DNA of 63,780 bases, counting the filler, from Candidatus Woesearchaeota archaeon (lineage in GTDB: Archaea; Nanobdellota; Nanobdellia; Woesearchaeales; B72-G16): assembly GCA_003650545.1 (NCBI GenBank). It is 6 parts of 6 records of this genome, joined end to end, with 100 filler letters (N's around TTAATTAATTAA, not from the genome) between each part and the next. Parts side by side here need not be neighbours in the genome. Positions count along the whole stretch, not along the records: positions 1 to 14,323 come from QMQO01000034.1; positions 14,424 to 26,726 come from QMQO01000036.1; 4 more parts are not named here. One strand, written 5' to 3'. The position numbers were made by a program, and so were the translations under genes. A model generated the notes under the pieces. It worked only from the letters and a program-made list of their open reading frames with translations. It was not told the DNA's origin and ran no database searches. The first letter of the stretch is position 1. Every line of letters begins with the position of its first letter. Shown piece after piece: positions 11,022 through 22,058 of this stretch.

Positions 11022-14000
11022 ATGTATAGGAAAGAACTATTCAGCTTAATACTGTTTATTGTTCTATTTGGTGTTCTTTTGTTTTCTGCTAATGCTGTAT
11101 GCAACTATAACTTGCAGTGTGATGCTGGAGAAGATATATATACCTGTCCTACAGATTGTAATGATCAGACTATGGGTATAGATGGCTATCAAATTGGCGA
11201 TGGCATTTGTTCTCCTGAAGAAGCAATAGCGGGAAACTCTCCAGATTGTCGTTCAACTACTGAGGAGTTGCCAACAACAGAGGTTTGTAATGGTCGTGAC
11301 GACGATAACGATGGTAGCATAGACGAAGGTGGTGTTTGTCATAATGACTATACGCAGGATCCAAATGATGCAGACGGTGATGGCTTACCGGATTCACTAG
11401 ACGATGATCGTGACGGAGATGGTATTCCAAATAACCAGGATGCTTTCCCTGATGATGCAATGGAGTGGTACGATTCAGACAATGATGGTACAGGCGATAA
11501 CTCTGAAGCTGACGCTGACAACGATGGTACAGATGATTATTATGATCCTTTTCCAACAGACCCAAGCGAATGGAAAGATACTGACAATGATGGCATAGGT
11601 GATAATGAAGACGATGACGATGACAATGATGGTATTCCTGATGCTGAAGACACAAATACAAATGCTGCTCCAGAAATTACCATTTTTAGACCTATTTCAA
11701 GTTCTCCCTGTGTAGATGAGGGTGATTCTTTAATATTCTCTGTCATTGTCGATGATCCTGAAGATGATGCAATAACCTATGACTGGAAACTTGACGGAGA
11801 AACAGTATCTACGCAAAACTATTTTCGCTATGAGCCTAGTTATACAGATGCAGGCCAAAAAACGCTTGTGCTTACTGTAACCGACACAGCTGGTAATACC
11901 GATTCAGAAACTTGGACAATCACTGTGAACAATGTAAACCATGAACCAGAAATCACTAGCAAAATTCCTTTAAGTGATACACCAACCATTGGAGAGGGCA
12001 ATTCTTTAGACTTTAGTGTTGTTGTTAATGATCCAGACATAGACGATATTATAACTTATATCTGGAAGGTTAATAGTGTTCAGGTTTCAACCGCGTCAAC
12101 ATATACTCTTACAACCTCCATAGGTGACGCAGGAATAAAACTAGTCCAAGTCATTGTTTCAGATGGGACTGCGTCTGATAGCGAATTCTGGACAGTAAAT
12201 ATAACTCACACTGAACAATCTCCAACAATAGACAGCTATTACCCAACAGATCTTAATCCAAGTATTCAAGAAAACAGTTCCCTTTTATTTAATGTTACAG
12301 CAAGCGACCCGAATGGTGACATATTATCATACTCTTGGAAGTTGGATGGTGTAGAAGTATCAACAACTACATCCTACACATACACTCCTGGGTTCAACGA
12401 TGCAGGCAACCATGTATTAAATGTGACAGTTTCAGACCCATTGTTAAATTCAGCTTCTCAAGCTTGGTCTGTGAAAGTGATAAACGTTAACAGAGCACCT
12501 GAGATTGAAAGTGAAACACCTGTACAGGGCACTATAGACATAAGCGAGGGTACAAGTCAAACATTTAATGTCACAGCAACAGATCCTGATGGCGATACTT
12601 TAACCTACTCGTGGCTCCTAGAAGGCGTGCTTGTCTCAACATCACCTTACTTCACATACAGCCCAAACTATCTTTCAGCGGGAACTTATAACTTAAGCTT
12701 AACCATCAGCGATGGTGTTGATCAGGTATCACTCTCATGGACAGTTAATGTTTTGAACGTAAACCAACCATCTATAATAAATTCAACACCAACTTATTTT
12801 GCAGTAGAAGGCTCGTTATATAATTATGATGTTGACGCAACTAATCCTGACGGAGATACACTGACATTTTCGTTATTACAAACGCCGAATGGAACAGGTG
12901 TTATGACTATTAATAGTGTTACAGGTTTGATCGCATGGATTCCAACAAATGATCAAGTTGGAACTCATTATGTAACAGTTAAGGTTGATGATGGTATGGG
13001 TGGCAACGATACCCAAACATTTAACATAACTGTCTCTGACGTAAATGTTGCACCTGTATTAGATATAATTGGAAACAAAGTTATTGATGAAGACTTATTA
13101 TTGGAATTTAATATCACTGCTAGTGATGAGGACATAATTAATGGTGATTTATTAACTTTCACTTCCAATAATACCAACATCAATATAACAAAAATCAACA
13201 ACACCCTTGCTACTGCTTCATGGATACCATCTAATAGCGATGTGGGGATCCACTCAGTTACATTCTATGTGAATGATTCTTCAGGAATGAGCGACTCTGA
13301 AACAATCACCATAAAGGTTAACAATGTTAATGATGCGCCAAGTTTATCTGCAATGCCAGAAACACTTAATCTTACAGAAGATGTTGCATTTTTCTATCAG
13401 GTAAATGCAACCGATGCAGACATAATACACGGCGACTCGTTAATGTTCGACGATAACACGACTTTATTCAATATAAACCAAACGACAGGTATAATTAGCT
13501 TTACACCAAACAACTCAGATGTCGGCGTTTATTCGGTTAATATTAGTGTAGTAGATACTACAGGGTCTATTGACTCATTAGCTATCATATTTAACATCTC
13601 AAATGTAAACGATCAGCCAACCATACTTAGCACTGCACCCACAACTGCAACAGAAGGTTTATTATACGAATATGACATGATTGCTATAGATGTTGATCCA
13701 ACAGGAGACGCACTTACATATACGGTAAATGATTCTAGGCTAAATGTGAACCAAATCAATAACACATTTGCAAACATCACCTGGATACCCAATCAAACAG
13801 ATGTTGACCAAAGCCCAATCGTAATTCTGTTCAATGTCAGTGATGATAAAGGTGCTTATACTACAGAGATTGTCACTGTTGATTTAAACGGTATTAACGA
13901 TGCCCCTACTTTATCTACACCATTCAGTAACATGACGATTGCTGAAGAAAACTTTAATGATTCTATTGATCTTGACAACCATTTCAGTGATATTGATAAC

Positions 14001-14323
14001 ATAACATTGTTATACTGGGCAACAAGCAATGACTCAGCAGTACAAGTTACAATCACTACGGGTAATATAATTAATATCACAACGACAGATGACTTTAATG
14101 GAAAAGTAATAATCAACGCAACAGCTGGTGACGGACAATATAATGTGTCTGGCTACTTCATCATAACAATAACTCCTGTGAATGATGCTCCTGTTTCCTT
14201 ATTATCCTTGCCAGTGTACATGATTCCAGAATCTGGCTTTAATGATTCAGTTGATGCATCTAATTATTTCTATGATGTTGACAATGCATCATTAATATAC
14301 TACATTGCGACAAATGACACAGC
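11022..14323 (+). CDS. large secreted surface protein/adhesin (TSP3-like Ca-binding repeats, tandem cadherin/Ig-like domains); truncated at contig end
   Basis: Signal peptide, DxDxDGxxD repeats, about ten VN(D/H)AP-delimited ~90-95-aa Ig/cadherin-like units. Confidence 0.85.
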
Positions 14324-14423
14324 NNNNNNNNNNNNNNNNNNNNNNNNNNNNNNNNNNNNNNNNNNNNTTAATTAATTAANNNNNNNNNNNNNNNNNNNNN
14401 NNNNNNNNNNNNNNNNNNNNNNN
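14324..14423. other. artificial contig linker
   Basis: N-run, TTAATTAATTAA (stops in all six frames), N-run; 100 nt. Confidence 0.98.
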
Positions 14424-14692
14424 AGAATAAGCTTTATAATTTATAATTTTTTTGTTTTAATTAATTTAATAAATTTAATTTTTATTTATATTTCTTCAAT
14501 TTAATTGATCTTGGTTTTATTTATTTTTTATTAATTTTTAATAATTTTTATTTTAATATCTATTTAATTAATGCTAATTTTTTATTCTTTAGAGGTTTTT
14601 GGATTTTTTTTAGATTTAATTGTTTTTTATCTATCTTTTATTCTTAATATTAAAACCGTTTATCAAAAACAAGAAATTCAAATTTTTGTTTT

Positions 14693-16456
14693 TTATTTTC
14701 CCCTTCCTCTTTGCTCTTCATATAGTCTCTTAACTTCCGATAATGAAGAACATTCTCTGGGAGCGCGATCTTCTCTCAATCTTACAACTCTAGGAAACCT
14801 TAATGCATAACCACTAGTATAAGTTGGGCTCTTCTGAATCTCTTCATAAGCAATCTCAATCACTACATCAGGTTTTACTTCAACAGTTTTACCTTTTTCT
14901 GAAATAATGTTTTTCTTTAACAACTTTGTCATGTCGTTAAAACTTACACCTGATCCTTGCAGCTCTTTAAAGCCAGTGCCGACCTTTCCTATTGTCAAGT
15001 ATTTACCACGATCGCGACATGCTAACTTATAGCTTGTCAACCATTTGGCTCTTTTTCCTTCACCCCACTGAGCCCCAACTATAACAAGATCGAGTGTCTC
15101 CATTATTGGTTTTACTTTAACACCGTAGCCAACCCTGCTTCCTGGCTTATATGGTTTGTCCAACGCCTTTACCATCACACCCTCGTTACCAGCTGCAAGA
15201 GATCTCTTATAGAATTCGTCTGCTTCCTTCAAATTGTCTGTGACTATTTGTTTTGCTAAAACTATCTGTTTTGCTTTGGGTTCTCTTATTATTCTCTCAA
15301 GGATCTTTCTTCTATCTTTGAAAGGCATCTTTATTATACTCTCATCCTTATAATATAGAATATCAAAGATGTTTAGCTCAACTGGATAATCGCGAGACAT
15401 CTGTTCAATATCATACTTGCGCTTTATTCTTTGGGATATTCTCTGGAATGCTATATATTTCTTTGTTTTTTTATCATATCCAACCGCTTCGCAGTCAAGA
15501 ATGACATTCTTCGCTGTTATATGTTCTTTAACAAACCTAACGACATCTGGAAATTGTTTTGTTACGTTTTCCAACCGTCTTGTAAATATTGTGATTTTAG
15601 TGTCTTTTATATGGATCTGCATTCTAAAGCCATCATATTTGAACTCTAAAGCTGCAGGCTTACCTACGGTTTTAAAAGCTTCTTTCATATCCTTTACTTT
15701 TTGAAAAAGCATTACCTTGACTGGTTTTCCTAACGTAATGTCTACGGCTTTCACGGCTTTTAGACCTTTTTCCCTTACAATTTTAACAACCTTAGAAAAA
15801 TCATTTGTTTTATCATATGCTTCTTGGACTGTTTCAACATACTCATTATAGACTTTTCTTTCTTCTTCGGTTAATTCAAATTTGTCTTCTTCATCATTAT
15901 ATTTTTTATAGTAATCAAATTCTGCCCAGACTATCGCATCTCTCATCGAACCAGAACCAACACCGACACGCATCTGCTCCAGCACTGTTCTTATTATGTA
16001 ACGTGCTTCAATTGGCCTTGCACTTGTTAGCAGCTCTGCAACTAGTTTGATTTTTATGTCGACAGAGCCCGGTCCTTCGATCTTTGCTAGTTTTGTTAAA
16101 TTATCATGCACTTTTTTGGTTGTAAGTTCTTTACTAACCAGGCTAGCTTGCTTCTTTCTCTTAGTGAATTCTTCTGCAACTAAGCCAAGGTCTCCTTTTT
16201 TGTTAAATTCATTTTCGATTTCTTTAACATCACGGCCTGTTGCTATGTTTATAGCTTTTATTGCGTAACGCTCTGAAAAGCCGATTTTGGTGTCATCCCA
16301 TGCAGGGAACAGACGTCCTTGCATTAGCAACAATATTACTGGAAGTTCGTCTGTCTTTGTTTTTTTGATCAACTTTGCAATTATAAATGTTTTCTTTAGA
16401 CGTTTGGTTGTTGATTCGAGTTCTAGATAGATGTCACATAAGTTTGTATATTTCAT
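14693..16456 (-). CDS. lig: ATP-dependent DNA ligase (archaeal)
   Basis: EFKYDGFR adenylation motif, EGVMVK, DLVIVGA, LRFPR...REDR. Confidence 0.97.
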   Translation of the reverse strand: MKYTNLCDIYLELESTTKRLKKTFIIAKLIKKTKTDELPVILLLMQGRLFPAWDDTKIGFSERYAIKAINIATGRDVKEIENEFNKKGDLGLVAEEFTKRKKQASLVSKELTTKKVHDNLTKLAKIEGPGSVDIKIKLVAELLTSARPIEARYIIRTVLEQMRVGVGSGSMRDAIVWAEFDYYKKYNDEEDKFELTEEERKVYNEYVETVQEAYDKTNDFSKVVKIVREKGLKAVKAVDITLGKPVKVMLFQKVKDMKEAFKTVGKPAALEFKYDGFRMQIHIKDTKITIFTRRLENVTKQFPDVVRFVKEHITAKNVILDCEAVGYDKKTKKYIAFQRISQRIKRKYDIEQMSRDYPVELNIFDILYYKDESIIKMPFKDRRKILERIIREPKAKQIVLAKQIVTDNLKEADEFYKRSLAAGNEGVMVKALDKPYKPGSRVGYGVKVKPIMETLDLVIVGAQWGEGKRAKWLTSYKLACRDRGKYLTIGKVGTGFKELQGSGVSFNDMTKLLKKNIISEKGKTVEVKPDVVIEIAYEEIQKSPTYTSGYALRFPRVVRLREDRAPRECSSLSEVKRLYEEQRGRGK

Positions 16457-16782
16457 TCTAGCTTAAGAATCATTCGGGTATATATAGTTTATGCCTTTAT
16501 GTGTATCTAAGGTTATTATATAATTTAATGTTATATACTTTTATCATTAGTGTGCTTTTATCATTAGTTTAAATTTTATTCATTTAATGTCATTTAGTTT
16601 ACTTTGGATTAGTTTACTTTGGAGTGGTTAATCAAAAAATCAGTTTTTTATTAAAATTTTTAATTTTTTATATGTTTTTTAATTTTTTATGTCTATTTGA
16701 TTCTGTTATTTGATTCAAATTTGCTCTATTAAAACCAAGATGTGATTTTATTCGAGAGCTAAATTTCATATAATTTCATATA

Positions 16783-18870
16783 TTATGATTTCAACTTAAA
16801 AGTTTTCATGAATTCCTTATAGATTTCTTTTAATTTATAGACCATCTTGATACAATCTTGGTCATGATAGATCTTTTTGTCATATTTTGCCTTAACTTCT
16901 TGGCTTGAACAAGATTTAGACTCTATGTATCTTGATAAGTTCAAATAAGCGCTGGCAAGCTCATCACGCAAGCGATCACTTAGTTTGCCATATATACCAT
17001 CTGACTTCATCTTATTATCTTCTTCCTTGGTAAAGCCAGCAATAGCCATGATAGTTCTATTAAAATCATAGTTTTTTTCTTGTTGGATTATTTTTTCCAT
17101 CTGTTTGACACTATAATTACTTGCGATTGCAAATACAGCGAGCCTGTGCCTGCTTGTGATGTCTGTAATTCCAGCAAGTCTAACTGCAATACCATACTTA
17201 AGGTAACCTTCATGCTCAAGCTGTTTTGTTTTATCGTCTAGGGTGTGGTAAAGTAACGCACTCTTAACCTCACCAACCTTTAACCAAGGATAATCTTCAA
17301 CTAGACTGTCAATAGAATAAGAATCATCTATCTGTTGCATGGCTGTATACAAGCGGTAGATACCTTCAGCTTTTTCACCTTCGCGAACAGGTACTTTGGA
17401 GTCTTCCTCAAACTGAATCTGTCTGCATTCATCATCTGACAAATTTTCGATAAAAACAACCATCTTCTTGTTCTGTGTCCACCCATTTTTTAAGGCAACA
17501 AGTTTTGCCTTGTATCTACAATGTCCTACCACTATTCTATATTTTTTGTCGCGTTTTGTCACGATGATAGGCACAAGTTGACCAACATAAGCATAAGAAC
17601 GTGCTATAGATTCTATGTATTTTTGGTTATATCTCTTTCTGACATTTTTTGTATCAAGAAAAATCTTATCAACATTAATATCGACTGTTTTTCTTTCTTC
17701 TTCAAATAAAGAGCTCTGTTGTAAATCCTTCAGCTTGTATCTCCCCCCCATTATCTGCTGTTTGATCGGAATTTTGATTTTTTCTGTGAGAACCTCTTTA
17801 AGCTCTTCCTTAGAGTTTTCTTTTTCAATCTTTTTCCAGAGAGAATCAATCACCCCTTTAGCTCTGAAAAATAACGAATCAATAAGTTCTTCTCTGCCTG
17901 TGAATGTAAGATCAATCAAGTCAGGCCTGAAGTATTTAGCCCGAATGTAGCTAACCATAAACCTCTGTTGGTTGTTCACAATCGATAGTAAATCTTTTTT
18001 ATATTGATCATATGATGTTGTTATCTTTTGTCTGCTTAGGCAAAAGTTTTCTACTTCCCTTTGTTTTTTCTTTTGCAATGCCTTATCATGCTCGTGTAAT
18101 GTTTTGGTTACAATCTTTGCAAGATCTTTTGCATTCAATTCACGGTGTTGTGCGTTTAGGATACGTTGCAGGTTTTTGTTTGCGATTCTTCCTAACTCTA
18201 CTGCTTTTGCATAAGACAAATTGCCTGCGTTAACAGCGCTAAGAAGTTCTTGATGGAGTTGATGCAAATATAAAGCTCTTCTAATTGTATCTTTTCCCTT
18301 TTTCAGATGTTTAGCAAGCTTAGCCACAGGATACTTCATTCTAATAGCAAGAGGAATCTCCCAGTAAGATTGGTAGGCTTCCAGTTCTTCACACGGAATG
18401 CCTGCTTTCTGTGAAAGCTTATAAAACATCATCCTGTTGATCGAGTAAGCCTTATCAACATTGCTTATTGGATCTTGTGTGTTCTCTGTAAGACGGATCA
18501 TCACCTTTTGTTCGTCTGTAAGATCGTGTAAGATAATTGCGTCCATTTCTTCTATGCCTGCTATCTCACATGCAAGATAGCGACGTTCTCCGCCCAGAAG
18601 CTCGTAGTTTCCATCTGTCATTGGTGTAACTAAAACTGGGTCTATCTGGCCAAACCAAGCAATAGACTGAGCTAGCTTTTTGATGGAAGGCAAATTGTGT
18701 GTTTTGCGGTAGTTGCCTTGTGGTATAATATTTGTTCTTTTTAACTTTGTGTATTCTTTACAGATTTTGTCACCAAGACATTCATGAATATTTTTATATA
18801 CCCCATTTTTTCCTTTTTTATCTTTTTCCTTTCTCTTATTTGGATTCTTTTTTCTATTTTTCTTGTTCAT
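16783..18870 (-). CDS. protein with two ParB/Srx-like domains, each followed by a helical/HTH region
   Basis: Domain 1 GQIDPVLV...LLGGERRYLA...EN; domain 2 GQLVPIIV...VVGHCRYKA...ED. Confidence 0.8.
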   Translation of the reverse strand: MNKKNRKKNPNKRKEKDKKGKNGVYKNIHECLGDKICKEYTKLKRTNIIPQGNYRKTHNLPSIKKLAQSIAWFGQIDPVLVTPMTDGNYELLGGERRYLACEIAGIEEMDAIILHDLTDEQKVMIRLTENTQDPISNVDKAYSINRMMFYKLSQKAGIPCEELEAYQSYWEIPLAIRMKYPVAKLAKHLKKGKDTIRRALYLHQLHQELLSAVNAGNLSYAKAVELGRIANKNLQRILNAQHRELNAKDLAKIVTKTLHEHDKALQKKKQREVENFCLSRQKITTSYDQYKKDLLSIVNNQQRFMVSYIRAKYFRPDLIDLTFTGREELIDSLFFRAKGVIDSLWKKIEKENSKEELKEVLTEKIKIPIKQQIMGGRYKLKDLQQSSLFEEERKTVDINVDKIFLDTKNVRKRYNQKYIESIARSYAYVGQLVPIIVTKRDKKYRIVVGHCRYKAKLVALKNGWTQNKKMVVFIENLSDDECRQIQFEEDSKVPVREGEKAEGIYRLYTAMQQIDDSYSIDSLVEDYPWLKVGEVKSALLYHTLDDKTKQLEHEGYLKYGIAVRLAGITDITSRHRLAVFAIASNYSVKQMEKIIQQEKNYDFNRTIMAIAGFTKEEDNKMKSDGIYGKLSDRLRDELASAYLNLSRYIESKSCSSQEVKAKYDKKIYHDQDCIKMVYKLKEIYKEFMKTFKLKS

Positions 18871-18897
18871 TTTTAATCAAATTTTAAATTACAGGTC

Positions 18898-20496
18898 CTA
18901 ATGCCCTGATGGAAATAATTCACCTTGTGTTCTCCTGTATTTTTGTTCTGCTTGTTTTGATTCTTTTCTCTTTTTTGCGATCATGCGTTGATTTTTATTC
19001 GACCTTTTCGGATAATAACGCTTAAATACATTTATCTTGTGACCTTGCTTTATTATACGTTTTTCAGTAAAATAACATTGATTGCAATACACCGTATTAT
19101 CTGGAGTGTGATGGCAAATATAGAAGTTTGGATTTGATAGAAGATTGAGATAGTATGGGTGAATCGCTTTGGCCGTATATTGGCCAGATGGATTGCCTAA
19201 GCGATTAGGGAGACTAGACCACTGCCCTGTTTTGTATTTGCCCTCTTCAAGACGACTTTCAGGAAGCAACCTTAAGTCAGAATAACTATGACCTGTCACT
19301 TCGACTGCACATTCTTTAGTATAAAACCTAAATGGTGTGAACACAACCTTGTAGCCTGACTCAATCAGTTCAATTGCTCTAGAAAAATTTTTATGTTTTG
19401 CAACTTCAGGCGGCACAGAGGCATCGCCAACGATTCTAAACGAGACATCTACCCCTGCTTTTTTATACATTTCAGCCATGCTAAAACGAAACTCATTGTC
19501 ACATCCACGAGCACAAACACCTGGTTCAAGCTCGTCTTTTCCTATGCTATAAGAGAGGTTGGCTTTTGTTGCAACCAACAAACGCGCAATTTCAGAATCA
19601 AAATCAAGATGTTTTGTTATAACTAGAGGACGGTAGCCTGTTTGCAGGATACCTTCCAGGGCGTCAATGAAGTTTTCTCTTATAGAGATAGTGCCCGGAT
19701 CGCTATCTTTGCCTAAGCGAATAACTCCGTGATCCTTAAAATCATCTTCTTTTAACTTTTTCATGTGTTCTTTGAAATCTATTAACCCATTAATTATCAA
19801 TTCAGGAGATACTTTATATCTGCACATGTCAAAAGGATTGTGTTGTTTTCTTCCTGCATAACAGTACAAGCAACAGTTATTTTGATCAAATGAACCATCT
19901 GGTAGAGTGTTACTTGGGCAACTAGAGCTAAAATCTAAGTTAATATCACAAACACAATCTTCAATATATTCAGATTTGCCAATCTTCAATTTAACAGGTT
20001 TCAGATTTCTGTATTGCCTTGGTTTCATTGTTTCCCAGATAGGCAGAAGATTTAGGGCTGCATCAGAGAATATTGGTTGTTTTGACAAAGCATAGAGCAA
20101 GCGGTTGATTTCGCCATTTTTTATAACCATTCCGTCAAAGTTAAAACCCGAGTGCATTCTCATTGGAACATAAACTCTCTGAAAACTCTTGTCATCTAAG
20201 TTGACAGTGTAACATTTTAACCTGGTTAATAATCCAAAAATGTTTTTCCTGTTGGCCTTTGGTTTTTCACCATGGAAAATTATTTTCCAGTCTCTTAAAA
20301 TGCGTAAATCAATCCAACGGTCATCAACATATTTCAGTATTAATGCTAATAAGTCGTAGCAAGCAAGACTACTAAGGAAAATGTTATAGCTGTATTTGCC
20401 ATCTAATGCTCGCTTTTCTATTAAGATCTTACCATTGACCTGGTGAACTCTTGTTTCTTCACCTTCAGCCATCCATAAATCTACATTATTATCCAT
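18898..20496 (-). CDS. radical-SAM-like protein (SplB-like core) with N-terminal extension
   Basis: C-x14-CCLYCYA (expanded CxxxCxxC), IRLGKDSDP, LVITK, C-terminal CHH...CNQC. Confidence 0.65.
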   Translation of the reverse strand: MDNNVDLWMAEGEETRVHQVNGKILIEKRALDGKYSYNIFLSSLACYDLLALILKYVDDRWIDLRILRDWKIIFHGEKPKANRKNIFGLLTRLKCYTVNLDDKSFQRVYVPMRMHSGFNFDGMVIKNGEINRLLYALSKQPIFSDAALNLLPIWETMKPRQYRNLKPVKLKIGKSEYIEDCVCDINLDFSSSCPSNTLPDGSFDQNNCCLYCYAGRKQHNPFDMCRYKVSPELIINGLIDFKEHMKKLKEDDFKDHGVIRLGKDSDPGTISIRENFIDALEGILQTGYRPLVITKHLDFDSEIARLLVATKANLSYSIGKDELEPGVCARGCDNEFRFSMAEMYKKAGVDVSFRIVGDASVPPEVAKHKNFSRAIELIESGYKVVFTPFRFYTKECAVEVTGHSYSDLRLLPESRLEEGKYKTGQWSSLPNRLGNPSGQYTAKAIHPYYLNLLSNPNFYICHHTPDNTVYCNQCYFTEKRIIKQGHKINVFKRYYPKRSNKNQRMIAKKRKESKQAEQKYRRTQGELFPSGH

Positions 20497-20978
20497 CTTG
20501 GATCTTTTGTAAAATAAACTATATCAACTCTAGCCATATGAGTTAGTGTAGGTTTCATTTTTTTAGGATACACTATATCAAATGCTTGGTCAATTTCCTG
20601 GGCAACCTTTTTATTTATATCCCCAGCAAGTTCAGGATGATCTTGATCAGGATGATCTTGAAAGTTTTTAGCATAATCCCTTGGAAGAATCTTCAGTTCA
20701 CTTATGTCACGCTTTTGAATTCGGTCACATCTAAGCTGATTTCTTGTGTGGATCAAATCGTCAATTGAAACTGTTTCCCAAAGAAAAGAGTAGATATCAA
20801 TTCTACTAATATTAGATCTCTTTCCTTTATATAGGACAAAGCCATTGTAATAATAATCTTCTTTATAGAGTTCGCGAGCTAATCTTGGAAGAGCTTTTCT
20901 TGGTTCTGGGTAGGGTAGATATAACAAAACATAGGTATATCTTTTGTCTCTATATAATGAACTTGCTACATCTGGCAC
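20481..20978 (-). CDS. hypothetical protein, first gene of the radical-SAM/ParB operon
   Basis: 165-aa ORF, purine-rich RBS-like GGGGA before GTG; overlaps the next start by 16 nt. Confidence 0.6.
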   Translation of the reverse strand: MPDVASSLYRDKRYTYVLLYLPYPEPRKALPRLARELYKEDYYYNGFVLYKGKRSNISRIDIYSFLWETVSIDDLIHTRNQLRCDRIQKRDISELKILPRDYAKNFQDHPDQDHPELAGDINKKVAQEIDQAFDIVYPKKMKPTLTHMARVDIVYFTKDPRWIIM

Positions 20979-21205
20979 TATCTATTTCCCCCATTTTTAT
21001 ATTTGAAGGGATAGAATAAATAGTATTTATATTGATTTTTATTATTGACAGGATATATTGTTTGCTTACTAAAAAGTTACGAAGTCTCTTTGGAGTCACT
21101 TTGTATTATTGACTCTTCTTTTCTTTCTTTTTTTTAGCTTTTATCCTTCTTTCCCTTCTTTCAGTCTTAAAAACATTTATAAACAACCTCATCTTTGTTG
21201 TTGAA

Positions 21206-21868
21206 ATGGATATACTAGGAGTGATAAAAAACAGAAGATCTGTTAGAAAATTTCTAGATGTGCCTGTGTCATGGGACTTAATTGGATTGATAATGGAAGC
21301 TGGCAAGGCAGCACCTTCTGCTGGCAATCTGCAGCCATGGAAATTCATCGCATGCACTGACGAGTCTGTAATTAAACAAGTTGCAACAGCCTGTTTACAG
21401 CAGAACTGGATTGCAACTGCTCCTGTTGTGATTGTTGTTGTGTGTGATGCCACAACAACTAAACAACATTATGGTGTGCGGGGTGAAAAACTTTATTCAA
21501 TCCAAGGATGTGCAGCATGCATTGAAAACATGTTATTGGTTGCTCATTCTTTGGGGTTAGGTGCTTGCTGGGTTGGTGCTTTTGAGGAAATCATGCTAAG
21601 GAATGCTCTAGGAATTCCTGAAGAAGTAAGACCACAGGCTGTGATACCTATAGGCTACCCTGATGAGAAGCCACCAGAACCTGTCGAGTTTCCGTTAGAG
21701 AATCTTGTTTATCATAACAAGTTTGGTGCTGGATTCAGGGATTTGAATGTTATAACAAAACAGTATGGCGATGTTTGGCGTGATTGGGCTAAGAAAGGTA
21801 GAAAGGCCGTCCAAAAAAAGTTTGGCAAAGGTACAAAGAAATTAAAAAAATTATTTAAGAGAAAATAG
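21206..21868 (+). CDS. nitroreductase family protein
   Basis: RRSVRKF, APSAGNLQPW, ENMLLVAHSLGLGACW, IPIGYP. Confidence 0.95.
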   Translation: MDILGVIKNRRSVRKFLDVPVSWDLIGLIMEAGKAAPSAGNLQPWKFIACTDESVIKQVATACLQQNWIATAPVVIVVVCDATTTKQHYGVRGEKLYSIQGCAACIENMLLVAHSLGLGACWVGAFEEIMLRNALGIPEEVRPQAVIPIGYPDEKPPEPVEFPLENLVYHNKFGAGFRDLNVITKQYGDVWRDWAKKGRKAVQKKFGKGTKKLKKLFKRK

Positions 21869-22058
21869 TTATTGTTCTTTTAATTCAAATATATTACAAC
21901 ATCATAATGTCTTTATTCGCTCTATCATAATGTCTTTATTCGTCTTTAGCTGAACTTTCTTAATGATGCACTTAAAGGAAATAACACTGTAGATAAAATC
22001 TTTTTTTCTCTGAAACAAATGTTTTCTTAAATCTCTTAAAAGCAGCATTATTTATCTA

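Noticed and set aside
14324..14423. Recurring TTAATTAATTAA palindrome inside N-runs
   Set aside because: Artificial six-frame-stop linker, identical at all five joins
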